From Heterodontus francisci (taxonomy: Eukaryota): a DNA stretch of 64,000 bases. Location of the stretch: NCBI RefSeq assembly GCF_036365525.1, contig NC_090374.1:195925037-195989036 (forward strand). The letters are read 5' to 3'. Positions 49,567-61,620 of the stretch are shown piece after piece (the first letter of the stretch is position 1; each line of letters opens with the position of its first letter). The translations under genes were made by a program, and so were the position numbers. Below the pieces are notes generated by a model, which had not been told where the DNA came from, searched no databases, and worked only from the letters and a program-made list of their open reading frames with translations.

Positions 49567-50478
49567 TGTTGTACTGCAAATATACACAGTGACTGTTGGA
49601 AACTAAACCCATCATCACATCTGGACTAGTCCTGAGGAAGGCACTTTAAAATGCTAAGAAGCCCATTCAATGCTAAATGGCTTCTATCTTCCAGAATTGG
49701 GTTGACAAAGACATTCACAGGCAGGGAGGCTCCAGATTCAAAGCCAAGAAAATAGGTGGGACAAAACACCACTTTATCAAGATAAGCCACATTCAAACCC
49801 CATTCTATCGGAATGGCCTCACATTCAAAAACATTGTATCAGCATGCCAGGGGAGAGCATCTATAGTCACCTCACTGAAACCAAGCCCGATAAGGTTTCC
49901 TAAAAAAAAAGAGCTCTCTGAAAGACAGAAAAAGTCAGCCAGCCAGTCAGGAAGCTTAGAGATCCATTCTAGCCAAGAAGACACTGCCTATAACATATTT
50001 AAACCAGAGGCAGAGACTGCAAGGTGACCTTGAAAACACCCCACCTGAGAGAATGCAACAGAATTCTTGCCACCAGCTTTCACTGAGTCTTAACCATAGG
50101 AGTCTGCAATACTTCAGTGAACCAAGAAAAGGAACACCTGACCTGCACCGCTGTTTAAAAATTCTTTCCGGAAAACCTAGGAAGTTTCAAAGCGAACTTT
50201 TTTTTAAATATAATAATCGGACTGAAATGCATGCTATCTTCTAATCTCTATCTCCTTGTTTGCATGCATGTGAAAGTGGGTGAGGTTGTGAACATATTCA
50301 GGCATTGTTTAATAAATAATTTATCTTTCTTTTAATCCTAGAGAAAACCTATCATTTGTCTGTTTATTTGACCACTAAAACACTCAGGGACTAAAACAAC
50401 ATTTTAAAAAACATTGTCTACGGTCAGTTGAGAGGTGAAAAGTAGAAGTCATCCACACCATTTCCCCATTGTCCATAA
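49567..50478 (+). mobile_element. Solo LTR, same family as 22851-24104
   Basis: Extended pairwise similarity; begins TGTT; TSD not resolved. Confidence 0.6.
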
Positions 50479-50544
50479 TCATATATACGACAATATTTGT
50501 AACCTTATCTATCTCTTTAAAAAAAAACCTACATGAAGTAGTTC

Positions 50545-50980
50545 AGCTGCTCAGTGAATACAGGAGATGCAATATAAATTAAATGGTACAATTTTAATGT
50601 GGGTGCAGAAATAGAATGGCATGGGGGTTCACATACACAAATCTTCAAAGGTGGTCGGACAAGTTGAGAAAGCAATTAAAATAAAACATACAGAATCCTC
50701 AACTTTATAAACAGAGACATAGAGCACAAAAGCAAGGAAGTTATGTTAAACCTTTATGAATCACTGGTTGGGCCTCAGCTGGAGTATTGTGTCCAATTGT
50801 GGGCACCGGACTTTAAGAAGGGTGTCAAGGTCTTTGAGAGGGTTTAAACCAGAATGGTTACAGGGTTGAGTGACTTCAGTTATGTAGAGAGACTACAGAA
50901 GCTGAGATTGCTTCCCCTAGAATGCAGAAGGTTAAGTGAAAATGTCATAGAGGTGCTCAAAATTATGAGTGTTTTGATAC

Positions 50981-50982
<2 letters not shown>
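50545..50982 (+). mobile_element. CR1 RT C-terminal fragment
   Basis: SKEVMLNLYESLVGPQLEYCVQLWAPDFKK. Confidence 0.85.

Positions 50983-50983
<1 letters not shown>

Positions 50984-51062
<79 letters not shown>
50984..51062 (+). repeat. (GA)n microsatellite, about 39 units
   Basis: Directly visible. Confidence 0.98.
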
Positions 51063-51064
<2 letters not shown>

Positions 51065-53361
51065 CAATACACAACTCCAGTACAAACTGAGCATGTATTT
51101 GCACTGGATTTCCAAAGTGAAGTTACAGTTCAAGTATCCACTCAAACGTATTTGCATAATCTCAAAAAATAAAATCTTCCGTGAACCAGCGCAATCAAGC
51201 AGCATTTTGGAAAGTAATTATTCCTTTTCCTTTGCATTAGAAAATATTATTTTATATATTTATGAGTAGTAACCTAATGCAGTTTTATTAGTACAGCTGA
51301 AAATGGGTTTATTCAAAAAAAGGGCATTTTTAAAAATCAGTGTCTCGCCCAAAGCCAACGAGTAACTTGATTTTAAAATCATTGAAAATGGCATTAAAAA
51401 GCTATACAGTACTATTTACTAATTTCATTCATGTACAGTTTCTTAGTACATTAAATATTTTTTAATATTTGCAGACTTTTAAAATGTGCCTACTACTGCC
51501 TTTGTACCTAAAAAAAAGCTCCTTAATTTGAAAAGCCTCCTCAAAGGGCTGAAAATGGGCATAATTGGTGGAAATTTGCCATGCTTATTAATATGTTCCG
51601 AGACCGTGGCCAGTGTCGTGATTGGGGCCAGGTTCCAGGATAATGTTTTTTAAATCAGCGTAAAAGATTGCAGAAACTCGACTAATGCTGGATGTGACTT
51701 GTGTTTAAATTCCTGGAGCTTTTCTGCTGGTTTAGCCAATTTTGTGCAAAAACCGATGCAATCTAGTGGAAACTCTACCCCAAACTGTTTCTCTGGTAAC
51801 CACAAGATACAGATTTAAAATAATTGGCAAACAAAATGCAAAAAACTGTGTCCAACTTACCACACATAAATTATTGGATTAATCAGGCTGCCCATATTAT
51901 ACACAAAACAAACTAATGGTCATACCAACTTTAAGAATGAGTTAAGTGATAAATCAGAAGTAGCCTGCTTTGGAAATTCACTTCTGAACGTAATTACATT
52001 TTTGGCCTAGGTACTGCCAGCTATAACGTCTTCTTTACATGAGCATCTGCTATCTCCTTAAGGTGAAAATGAAAGCCATAAATTAGTCAGCATCCATCAG
52101 TCATTCCCACAGCCTGGAAGACCAAAATGACCTAGGAGCACACTCATAAAACTGGTAATATGAGCTGGCTGTCAACTTTGTCTTGCTATGCTCTTACTTA
52201 TTATAAACTTTCATGCTGTCATTTGAATTCCATATCTCTATTATTACATAATAAGCATGAAATCAATAAAGATCTATTATATAAAGATTTGCATCTTGCT
52301 AATGTACAGGAATGGACTAAGATTGTAATCATAAATTCTGACTCAACCTCATACTTAGAGGTTGAAAGGGTGGAATTCAGATTGGCACAAGGAGTGGGAG
52401 CTCGATGTTCTGTGGAACTGGCAAGGCATCTGATTTCATCAGTTTGGAAGTCCTCAGCGTCACTATTGTTTTTCTTAGTGGCACTGTTTCATATTGGGAT
52501 GCCCAAATTAAATGAGGACTATTGAGAGGTACTATTGTTAGTAGTAAAAAAGTTTTTAAAAATCATAGTCAAAAATAAAGTTACAGAAAACTGGTAGAAA
52601 TACAAGTCAATGTCATAGTGTTGTCTTTTCGCTGTACATAATATGTGAAAATAGCATATTGATACAATTGTACTTTGTATTACTAGCATGTAATCAGTAC
52701 AGACACAAGCGAAGAAGACAAACTGATCCAAACAAGACAGATTATACAAGCCAAGCCAAAACTGAACTGTAAAAAAAAAAGAAATCACTCCTGGCCCATG
52801 TTAAGATTTCATGGTTCCAACTAAAATGCAATATAGGAGTTTTGAAATTAAAAGCATTCATGTTGGATATGCAGCATACCTAGTGACAGCATGTGCCCTA
52901 ATGCATCTTGCATCAATAAATTATATCATGCCCAAATACAACTAATGTATCGAGTGCTGAAAGACAACAGTCACAGGAGATTTGGAAACATATGTAAGAC
53001 AAGAAAGCCAAGAATAAAAGCTGGACTGTGACCTTCTGGACAGCAAACAGTAATGAGGGAGTGCAGTGAACAGATGGTTATGGTATAGGTTAGATCACCT
53101 TGGGAATATGACATCCTATCTGACTGGTACTAACTTCATTTGAAGTCTGATGTAGATATGTTAGTTGATCATGAAGTGTCCTCGTACATGATGCTGTGAA
53201 ATATTACAGAGAATGCCAAGATGTTCAGCTGCGCACTAAATAATTCAATTACCTAGCTCTGTGGTGAAAACAATGTCATTTCTCCAACAGCTTCTTTTGG
53301 CAATGATTGTCATTGCAGCTGCTGGTGATTTTTCATGGAATCATTAGTGTAAGAGTTAATG

Positions 53362-54056
53362 GGGCCTGAATTTGCTGCCAAAATAATGATGAGTTCAATG
53401 GTGCTCACCATTATTAATGTGTAAATTGTCCAGCAACTTGAGGCGCAGAAGAGCTACACCATGAATTGCAAATCGCCACAAGTCACTGGATGGTTTGTGC
53501 TGCTCAGTCATTAGCTTCGGAACGGCAGCTCTCCCTTAGCCTCCCTGAGTTTCATGAAGTTGCTGCATTATCTAGTAATTAAACTCACTGTAGAATGATA
53601 CGGCTAGAATTTAGCAACGTAAATACCTTTTTAATGAGGAGGTTCATGTTCATGTAATGCCAATCACTCATTCCTACAGATACTATATTTCTGTTAGAGA
53701 TTTTTAAAATTTAAAACTTTATTTCAATGTTTTTTCATACTTTTTTGTTGTCACTTTTTGGTTTCTCTTAATCCAATCTGTCTGTTTCTCCATTTCTCTT
53801 TCCATACTTCATTTGACTTAATTATACATCCTTCTCCAGTTGATACTATTTCTTTCTCAATTCTTAAATCTCACTGGTTAAGAAGACAGACTGTTAGTTC
53901 CATCATTCACAAAGGTCCCAGATGCCCCATTGCCCTCAGCTTGCTGTTATCATCGCAAGCAACTTACAGGGAAAAAGGTTTGAGTTGGAAGGCAAAAGAA
54001 TGAGCCTTTATATCAGGATGTACCAGGAGGTGCCCCACTCCAGAAAAATCTGGGTC
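53362..54056. mobile_element. Probable old MITE with decayed Harbinger-like TIRs
   Basis: GGGCCTGAATTTGCTG ... CAGAAAAATCTGGGTC imperfect inverted ends. Confidence 0.4.
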
Positions 54057-54189
54057 AATATGAATCAAAGCAGCTGATGTCCTCAATTTGAATCAATTAA
54101 CAGCTCAATTCAAAGCAACAGGAATACTTTTGTTTATTTGAAGGAAAGTTGTCTCTTAACTGATTTAAATTACTGTAATTAATGTAATT

Positions 54190-54335
54190 AAAATCACTAC
54201 AAGTGGCAACATAGGTTAATAAGGCCATAAAAAGCAAACAAAGAAAAGGATTCATTTCTAGGCGGTCAGAATTGAAAAGCATAGAAGTTATGTTATACCT
54301 GTACAGAACCTCGGTTCAACCACGTGGCGTACTAT
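54190..54335 (+). mobile_element. Old CR1 fragment (its 3'UTR probably resumes at about 55527-55650)
   Basis: KAIKSK..GFISR..ELKSIEVMLYLYRTSVQP. Confidence 0.6.
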
Positions 54336-54339
54336 GAAC

Positions 54340-55526
54340 AGTGATGGAAGGGGTCGTTGGCAGTTCTATCGAGTACCACTTGCTCAACAATAACCTGCTC
54401 ACTGATGCTCAGTTTGGGTTCTGCCAGGGCCACTCAGCTCCTGACCTCATTACAGCCTTGGTCCAAACATGGACAAGAGCTGAACTCCAGCGGTGAGGTG
54501 GAGTGACTGTCTTTGACATCAAGGCAGCATTTGGCCGAGTATGGCATCAAGGAGGCCTAGCAAAACTGGAGTCAATAGGAATCAGGGGGGGGAAACTCTC
54601 TGATTGGAGTCATACCTAACACAAGGAAGATGGTTGTGGTTGTTGGAGGTCAATCATCTCAGCTCCAGGACATCGCTGCAGAAGTTCCTCATGATAGTGT
54701 CCTGGGCCCAACCAGCTTCAGCTACTTCATCAATGACCTTCCCTTCATTCGGTCAGAGGTGGGGGTGTTCGCTGATGATTGCACTATGTTCAGCACCATT
54801 TGAAACTCCTCAGATACTAAAGCAGCCCGTGTCCAGATGCAGCAAGACCTGGCTGGTAAGTGGCAAATAACATTCACACCACACAAGTACCAGGCAATAA
54901 CCATTTCAAGTAATGGAGAATCTAACCATCTCCCCTTGATGTTCAATGGCATTACCATACCTGAAACTCCCACTAACATCCTATGGGCGGGGAGTTACTA
55001 CTGACCAGAAACTGAATTGGACCAACTACATAAATGCTGTGGCTACAAGAGCAGGTCAGAGGCTGGGGCGAGTAACTCATCTCCTGTCTCCCCAATGCCT
55101 GTCCACCATTTACTAGGCACAAGTCAGGATTGTGACAGAATACTCTCCACTTGCCTGGATGGGTACAGCTCCAACAACACTCAAGAAGCTCAACATCATC
55201 CAGGACAAAGCAGTCCACTTGATCGGCATCCCATCCACCACCTTCAATATTCACTCCCTTCACCATCGCACACAGCAGTGTGCACCACCTACAAGACGCA
55301 CTGCAGAAACTCACCAAGGCTCCTTCGACAGCACCTTTCAAACCTGCGACCTCTACCACCCAGAAGGGCAAGGACAGCAGATACATGGGCACACCACCAC
55401 CTGCAAGATACCCTCCAAGCCACACACCATCCTGACTTGGAACTATATCGCCATTCCTTCACTGTCGCTGGGTCAAAATCCTGGAACTCCCTTCCAAACA
55501 GCACTGTTGGCATACCTGCACTCCAA
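54340..55526 (+). mobile_element. LINE RT of the second CR1-superfamily family
   Basis: NNLLTDAQFGFCQGHSAPDLI, FDIKAAFGRVWHQG, FADDCTMF; same family as 44160-44762. Confidence 0.88.
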
Positions 55527-55954
55527 GGGATAGAAGGATATGTGGTTGAGATTAGATGAAGGGTGGGAGGAGGCTTGTGTGGGGCATAAACACTGGCATG
55601 CAACTGTTGGGCCAAATTGTCGATGTCTGTCCTGCAAATACTGTGTAATACTATGCAAATACTGTTTGTTCGCACACAACTGGTTAACTTTGACTCATCT
55701 CCCATTTATATTTCAGGCTAAAATTATCCGACAGAATGCAACTTCTTCAACTGGAAACCACTTCATAGCGGAGCACATGCGCAACCAGCAAGAGGTTGCT
55801 CGTGACACAAGAGTTGAAACACAGTGCCTGAAATTATTCTGTAGAACACGTGTTTATCTGAAATTCATCTCTATTATTTTGGTGCAGGTTAAACAAGTGG
55901 TTATACCGTGTTAACCCAAACTCTAAAGAATTCTTCTTCAAAGAGCTGTGTCAT

Positions 55955-56360
55955 ATTTGATTGCCTCATAACAGAACCATCATCCATGTCCCTTAGGATC
56001 ATGCACTGGCATGCATTATCTGATGGGAAATAATAGTCCTTATTTTGCACAATCTATGGGACTCACTTCATTTCTAGGATAGGTTCACAAATCGCTACAT
56101 GCTTGCAGTGAATGAGGCCTCACACTTTGGGAGGATAACTGCAAACTAGAAACACTACTTCTGCTGTTCCTTGTGGTCACTATTAAAGTTCATGACTCTG
56201 GGAGCTTGGTGAAACAGGACTTCACTTCCTTATGGAATAGTGCACAGAAAAGTGAATGGGGGAGAAAATGACCAGCATGTTATACCCTCTTGATGCATGG
56301 AAGGACCCAGTAGCATTAACCTTGAAAGTATCATTGTCACCAGTACTACATTGCAGATGG
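55955..56360 (-). pseudogene. Very old Harbinger transposase remnant
   Basis: Minus strand, in order: ATGSFH (56314-56295), SVHYSIRK, PPKV*GLIHCKHVAICEP (56137-56081), DDGSVMRQS (about 55985-55958). Confidence 0.55.
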
Positions 56361-56906
56361 TACCCTGTTCTTACAGATCAAAGACCAGATGGCACACTTC
56401 AGTCATTTCCTACTCATGTATTGCTCCTATAGCATTCTCAGATAGCTGACTGCTGCAGCAAAACCACTGCATGAGATATTATATTCTGCAAGTCATGCAC
56501 CACCAATGCACTTCCAGAACATCCAGTGTTGCTGCACTGTGAAGTATCTGCCACTGCCTAATGCAATCAGGCTCTCAAGAAAAATATCTCTCTGTAGTAG
56601 TTTATATTTAGTCTGTCACTATTGTAGAGATACTTCAAAACCTTCTCTTTTTCTAATTTGGGTTCAGAACTGTATTTAAATAATCAATTTTTATTACCTG
56701 CCTTAGCTACATAATTCTTTATTCAAATATAAATTCTTTGCTAAAATTAGCAAAATGAGAAAAATTGAGATGTTTATTTGATCCTTGCAAAATTCGAGTC
56801 AAACCTGCAGATATGCTGTAAATCCATTAGAATACTGAGCTGTACATTTATTTACGCTACAGCACCAGTGCAAGTTAATATTTCAATTTCAGAATTGGGA
56901 GAGTGC

Positions 56907-57738
56907 TGTCATGCAGGTCCCCACCTGTCAATAATGAGGCACATTAATTTCACCATATGGACATTAAACCCCAAATTATTGCTGGGAAGAAGGCCTGATA
57001 CAAGGAATTGCCAGGCCTGGCCGGAAGGACATTTTTTCACAGTATTTTGCTTAGAACAAAGGACCAGTCCCTGCTCCCAATACACAGAACAGACATGGTC
57101 AGACCAGTTTAGTCACATGACTAACTGGCAGCTGCTGAGTTTTGAACAGAGTTTTAAATTGGAGAAACAGTGCTTGAAGTCAGAAAGCTCCTGGCTCGAG
57201 AACATCTCTCTCCTGTCTGCTCCCATCTCTTTCTCACCAGCTTCAGAATCCATTGGAGACACATGAGCTCCAAGAGAAAAAAAGTCTCCTACAGTGAACT
57301 AGGTTTAAGAAAAATACTGGGCCCCAACGAAAAGTGAGAATTACCTACAAGCAAGGACTCTGCAGTGAGCTTGAAGAACCGTAACAACTCTTCAGAGATT
57401 GCCTTAAATCCTTCCACTTATTTTTTTCTTCTGCTGTTTTCTGTCCCTATGTGCACGTGCATATCACATATGCATGCAAGCGTGGGGCGCAGCATGTACC
57501 TGTTGGCATTAACTGAATTAGAGTTTTAAGTTTAAGTTCAATAAATTTCACTTTTCTTCTCTAAACCTAAGAAAGCCTGTTTGTGCTTATTTCTTTGCCT
57601 TATAACTGGAAAGCAATGAACAAGGATTCACCAAGGGGGAGCTCAAAACACAGCGTGTTGAAAATTAAAATATGTTAGAGCAAGACCAGGTGAAGGCTGA
57701 GAGGAACCCCTAGACACCTTTCTCACCTGGTCGGAACA
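56907..57738 (+). mobile_element. Solo LTR, same family as 40799-41715
   Basis: TGTCA...GAACA; flanks GTGC/TTGC (3 of 4 match); AATAAA at about 57540. Confidence 0.82.
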
Positions 57739-57799
57739 TTGCCAAACAGTAAAGTAGGTATGGAAAAAACTTTGACTTGCTGTATGTTATTTTAGATAT

Positions 57800-58085
57800 G
57801 TGGAGAGTAATTGTATGATATTACTATCGAATATTATCGTAAAGATAGCAACAGTGTGTGGGAGGACCTTGCCACAAACTGTACCATGTGGCAATGTCTC
57901 ACCCAACAAGCTGCAACACAGTCGGAAACTGACCGCATAAACTCTACTCTCAGGGCAATTCCTGTCCTCTCTGCCCAAAGATTGGTGGCTTTCAGGACTG
58001 GCCTTGTGAGTCCCCTGGGGACACACAAATCATGAAGCCTGAAGACGTCATTCTCGTTTTGAGGGACTGACAACAGCGACAACTT
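57800..58085 (+). mobile_element. RTE-clade LINE 3' end
   Basis: WEDLATNCTMW and RTGLVSPLGTH resemble the RTE C-terminal WExLAxxRxxW and RIGLxSHxRTH motifs; short 3'UTR GTCATTCTCG..GAGGGACTG. Confidence 0.65.
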
Positions 58086-58454
58086 TTGCAACATGATAGA
58101 ATACTTAAGATTTATGTTGAAATATTTTACCTCCCAAACCTAATTTGAAACAGACAGTGACAGTCACAATCTTCTGGACGGTTATAAACAAAATTATTAA
58201 TTAATTCTCCATTTTGATTTTATTTAGAATTGTTGAGAGTTGTTTGCAACAAACTACCAATGTCAAGGTAACAGCTAATGCTGCAATAGACTTCACAATA
58301 CTTTGCTTCATTTTTGGGTCGGGGGTGACTATCACTTTGTTACAGGTGCAGTCGAGGCAAAGCGCACTTCTCTTTTGCTGAGGATATCATTGCAAACCCA
58401 ATCTATTTCTTAGCACATGAACATTAAAGGATACCCAAGAGAGAGAAAAAAGCA

Positions 58455-58560
58455 TGAAAGACTTGCATTTATATAGCACTTTTAATGACCACTAAATGAC
58501 TCAAAACACTTTACAGCCAATGAAATACTTTTGAAGTGTAGTCACTGCTGGAATGTCAGA
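58455..58560 (-). mobile_element. Deu-SINE 3' tail fragment
   Basis: Reverse complement of 5020-5105. Confidence 0.7.
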
Positions 58561-59339
58561 AATGCTTCACCCTGATGCCTTACTGCAAACAGCAAGGGAT
58601 GCTTAATCCATTTAGCTCTCTACTTTACTACAGTCTTCAAGGATTATCAGATTTACTGAATCAACCCTGTATTTTATTGCATGACCTTTCATAATAATTC
58701 AATAGATCTACAGTATTGGATCATATACAGTACTTCACTGCAGTACTAAAAGTACACTCACTGAAACATTAGTAGTCTCTGGTCCACACTTCATTTTCTG
58801 AATAGAAACTGCTGATATAAACCCTTTATATACAGTGGGTTAATCCCCTGATAATGTTTCAAACAACGAGTCCTGTCAAAACTTTGGCTTTTGCCATTTA
58901 TCTCAGATGCTGAAATAGTAGCAGAGCTCTAGAAACTGAACAGCGAGAGAACAGTAAGCTGTCTTAAAATACCCATTCAGCTGAAATACTCATTCTGTTC
59001 ATTGGGAAACATTTTAGCCCTTTCCATTGCTGGCCTGACCAAAATGATCTCAAAACATGCCTATTTATTTCCACATGACTAATATTATTGCTTAAAGGAT
59101 TCATACTGGTATATTTATACCTTAGGGTGCACATGTGTGTGCCTGGTTAGTTCAGGAGAGCTTTTGAAAAAAATTGAGAGAGCACAGCCTTTAAAAATAA
59201 ACTATCCTTATTCTGCCCTCCTCTCTCCTGGAGATGGTAATTCATGCTGGTAGAGGGATTCCATGTGTGGCAGCAACCCTTCAGCATCTCACTCGTGTGC
59301 ACACAATGAGTTTTAAAAGCCAAACACAAACTTGTACCC

Positions 59340-59435
59340 TAAACTAAAAGCAAATACTACGGATGCTGGAAATCTGAAATAAAAACAAGAAATGCTGGAA
59401 ATACTCAGCAGGTCTGGCAGCATCTGTGGAGAGAG
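59340..59435 (-). mobile_element. 96-bp Penelope 3'-terminal insertion (no ribozyme)
   Basis: 11-bp TSD AACTTGTACCC (59329-59339 / 59436-59446); near identical to 30220-30312. Confidence 0.85.
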
Positions 59436-60082
59436 AACTTGTACCCACCTGACATTGTTGTACGTACACTTGCCAACAGGGATGACTGGATAGAGATCAT
59501 TCATGACTGACAGCTCTGGCAAATTTCTAATCCAGAGAATTATGAAACAATGCCATGTCCAAATTCTGCCTTCTGATAATGAAGGCATATTTTGGGCCCA
59601 GCAGAAACTTTATTCCACTAGTGAAGTGGAGAAAGCAGGGAACAAGCATTTATTTTGAGTTAAGGGAATTGAAAGTGCAAACAGGAGCATATGGCTGAAG
59701 GCAAATGGTTAAATTTGATGCAAAAAAACATGGAGAGAACTGAAGAGGAGAATAAGGATATTAAAGTTGCTACAGTAGGGCAAAGTGAGTCAACGAAGCA
59801 GGGCAAGGACAAGCATGAGGTCTTTGTATATCAGAGGATACAGGCCATGGAGTTCTGGATCAGTTGAAGTTTCTGAAGGATTGGAAGGAGGGTCAGTGAA
59901 GAAGACATTTGAGACGTCAATCTAAGAAGACGTGATGTATGCACAAATGAGAGTATGCACAAAAGAAAGAAAATTGAACATCTGTATCAATCTTCCTCAC
60001 TGATTAATTTACTCAAATAGTATCTGTTTTTGCAGAATTTACTACCAACAAATACCCCTTTTATAAGTTTTTTCCTTCTTGA

Positions 60083-60465
60083 AGTCATACAACACAGATG
60101 GAAGCCATTCGGCCAATCGAGTCCATGCTGGCTCTCTGTCAAACAATCCAGTCAGTCCCATTGTCCCGCTCAATCTCAGTCACCTTGCAAGTTTATCTTT
60201 CTGAAATGCCCATCCAATTTTCTTTTGAAATCATTAATCATCTCCGCTTCCACCAAACTCATAGGCAGCGAGTTCCAGGACATTACCACTTGCTGCGTAA
60301 AACAGTTCTTCACACATCCCGCCCACCCCAGATCTCTTGCCCAAAACCTTAAATCTGTGTTCCCTAGTTCTTGTACCATCAGCTCATGGGAATAGCTTTT
60401 CTTTGTCTAACTTATCCAAACCTGTCAGAATATTGTACACCTCTATCAAATCACCCTCAATCTCC
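60083..60465 (-). mobile_element. CR1 3' end
   Basis: Reverse complement of the 18410-18790 type; FTQQVVMSWNSLP. Confidence 0.85.
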
Positions 60466-61019
60466 TTTTCTCTTTCTCCTTACTTTAGCTCCCCTCTCAT
60501 TGTGTATTGCACTTGGCTGAAAAGCCTCAAAAAATGGTGTGCTGAAATCAATGCTCGAAGTTGTGTTGAAAGAAGGAAGTATCTTAGGATACGTTTCTAA
60601 TTCTCGACCCTCCCCAAAGTGGCATAGCTGAGATTAGGAACTCAGCTTGTGGAGAATTGTGGTCTTGAACTTATACTGTGCTCCAGGATGGCCGGCAGCA
60701 AGTGTGGCCTACTGATGGCTGCGGCTTGGGTGGAAGGGGTTAAAACGGGAGGTCTCACAGGCCAGCCATCGGCAAACCGCTGCCAGGCACCTACTGGGTT
60801 TGGCCCTCAGTCAGCCCACAAATGGTCATTTAATTATACAGATTGGCTAACTGCCACTGCTGGGCGGGTAGCCTCTGCAGGTGCTGACCCACCTCCAGGA
60901 AGATCGCTCGGAGACAGGAAGGCGTTCGGTTGCTGACTGTATGCTTCTATCTCAGAAAATTCCTCCTGGCCCCACCTGGAAACCCACCCTCATGGGATTA
61001 CGGAAGATTCCACCCAATG

Positions 61020-61620
61020 TAACAATGAACCTGATAGTCGACACACCTTGGTTCCATATCCCCCAATATCCTTGCCTAACAAAAATCTATCAATCTCAGT
61101 TTTGAAATTCCCATTTCACCTGGCACCAATAGCTTTTTGGGGGAAGATCGTTTAGATTTCCACTATTCTTTGTGAAGACGTACTTCCCGACATCACCACT
61201 GAACTGCCTAGCTCTAATTTTAAGGTTATATCTCCTTGTTCTGGACTCCCCAATTGGAAGAAATAATTTCTCTCTCTGCCCTATCAACTCATTTAATTAG
61301 CTTAAAAATCTCAATTAGATCACCTCCTAATCTTGTATCCTCAAAGGAATACAAGCTTAGCCTGTGCAAACTGTCCTCATAATTTAACCCTTTTAGTCCT
61401 GATATTCTGTGCTGCACCTCCTCCAAGGTCAATACATCCGTCTCGAGGTACGGTGCCCAGTATTCTAAAATGGAGTCTAACCAGAGATTTATATTGATGT
61501 AGCAGAACTTCCACCCCTTTGTATTCCAGGCCCCTTGAGATAAAGGCCAACATTTCATTATTCCCTGAAATTAACTTTGTGCCTGTCCATTAGTTTCTAG
61601 TGATTTCTGCAGTTGGGCCC
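61020..61620 (-). mobile_element. CR1 RT C-terminus and 3' fragment
   Basis: YWAPYLETDVLTLEEVQ..LNYEDSLHRLSL..RLGGDLIEIFK; LFLPIGESRTRRYNLKIR. Confidence 0.85.

Noticed and set aside
22851-50478. Second LTR pair read as a single provirus
   Set aside because: They are 27 kb apart and diverged, with no internal retroviral coding sequence
51566-51781. Small MITE with GGTGGAAATTTGCC / GGAAACTCTACCCC ends
   Set aside because: Inverted match too weak to support
52353-52483. Possible minus-strand host exon (ATKKNNSDAEDFQTDEIRC...STS, GTATGA donor)
   Set aside because: Weak acceptor, no recognisable protein and no supporting neighbouring exons; needs RNA-seq or spliced alignment
52460-52530. FLVALFHIGMPKLNEDY* resembling a piggyBac transposase motif
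   Set aside because: Single short motif with no other piggyBac motifs or TTAA-bounded TIRs
55718-55794. Possible + strand exon after TTTATATTTCAG (AKIIRQNATSSTGNHF...)
   Set aside because: Poor donor site and no recognisable homology
40799-57738. Two same-orientation LTRs of one family read as a single 17-kb provirus
   Set aside because: Each LTR has its own 4-bp flanking duplication, they are clearly diverged, and no gag/pol sequence lies between them
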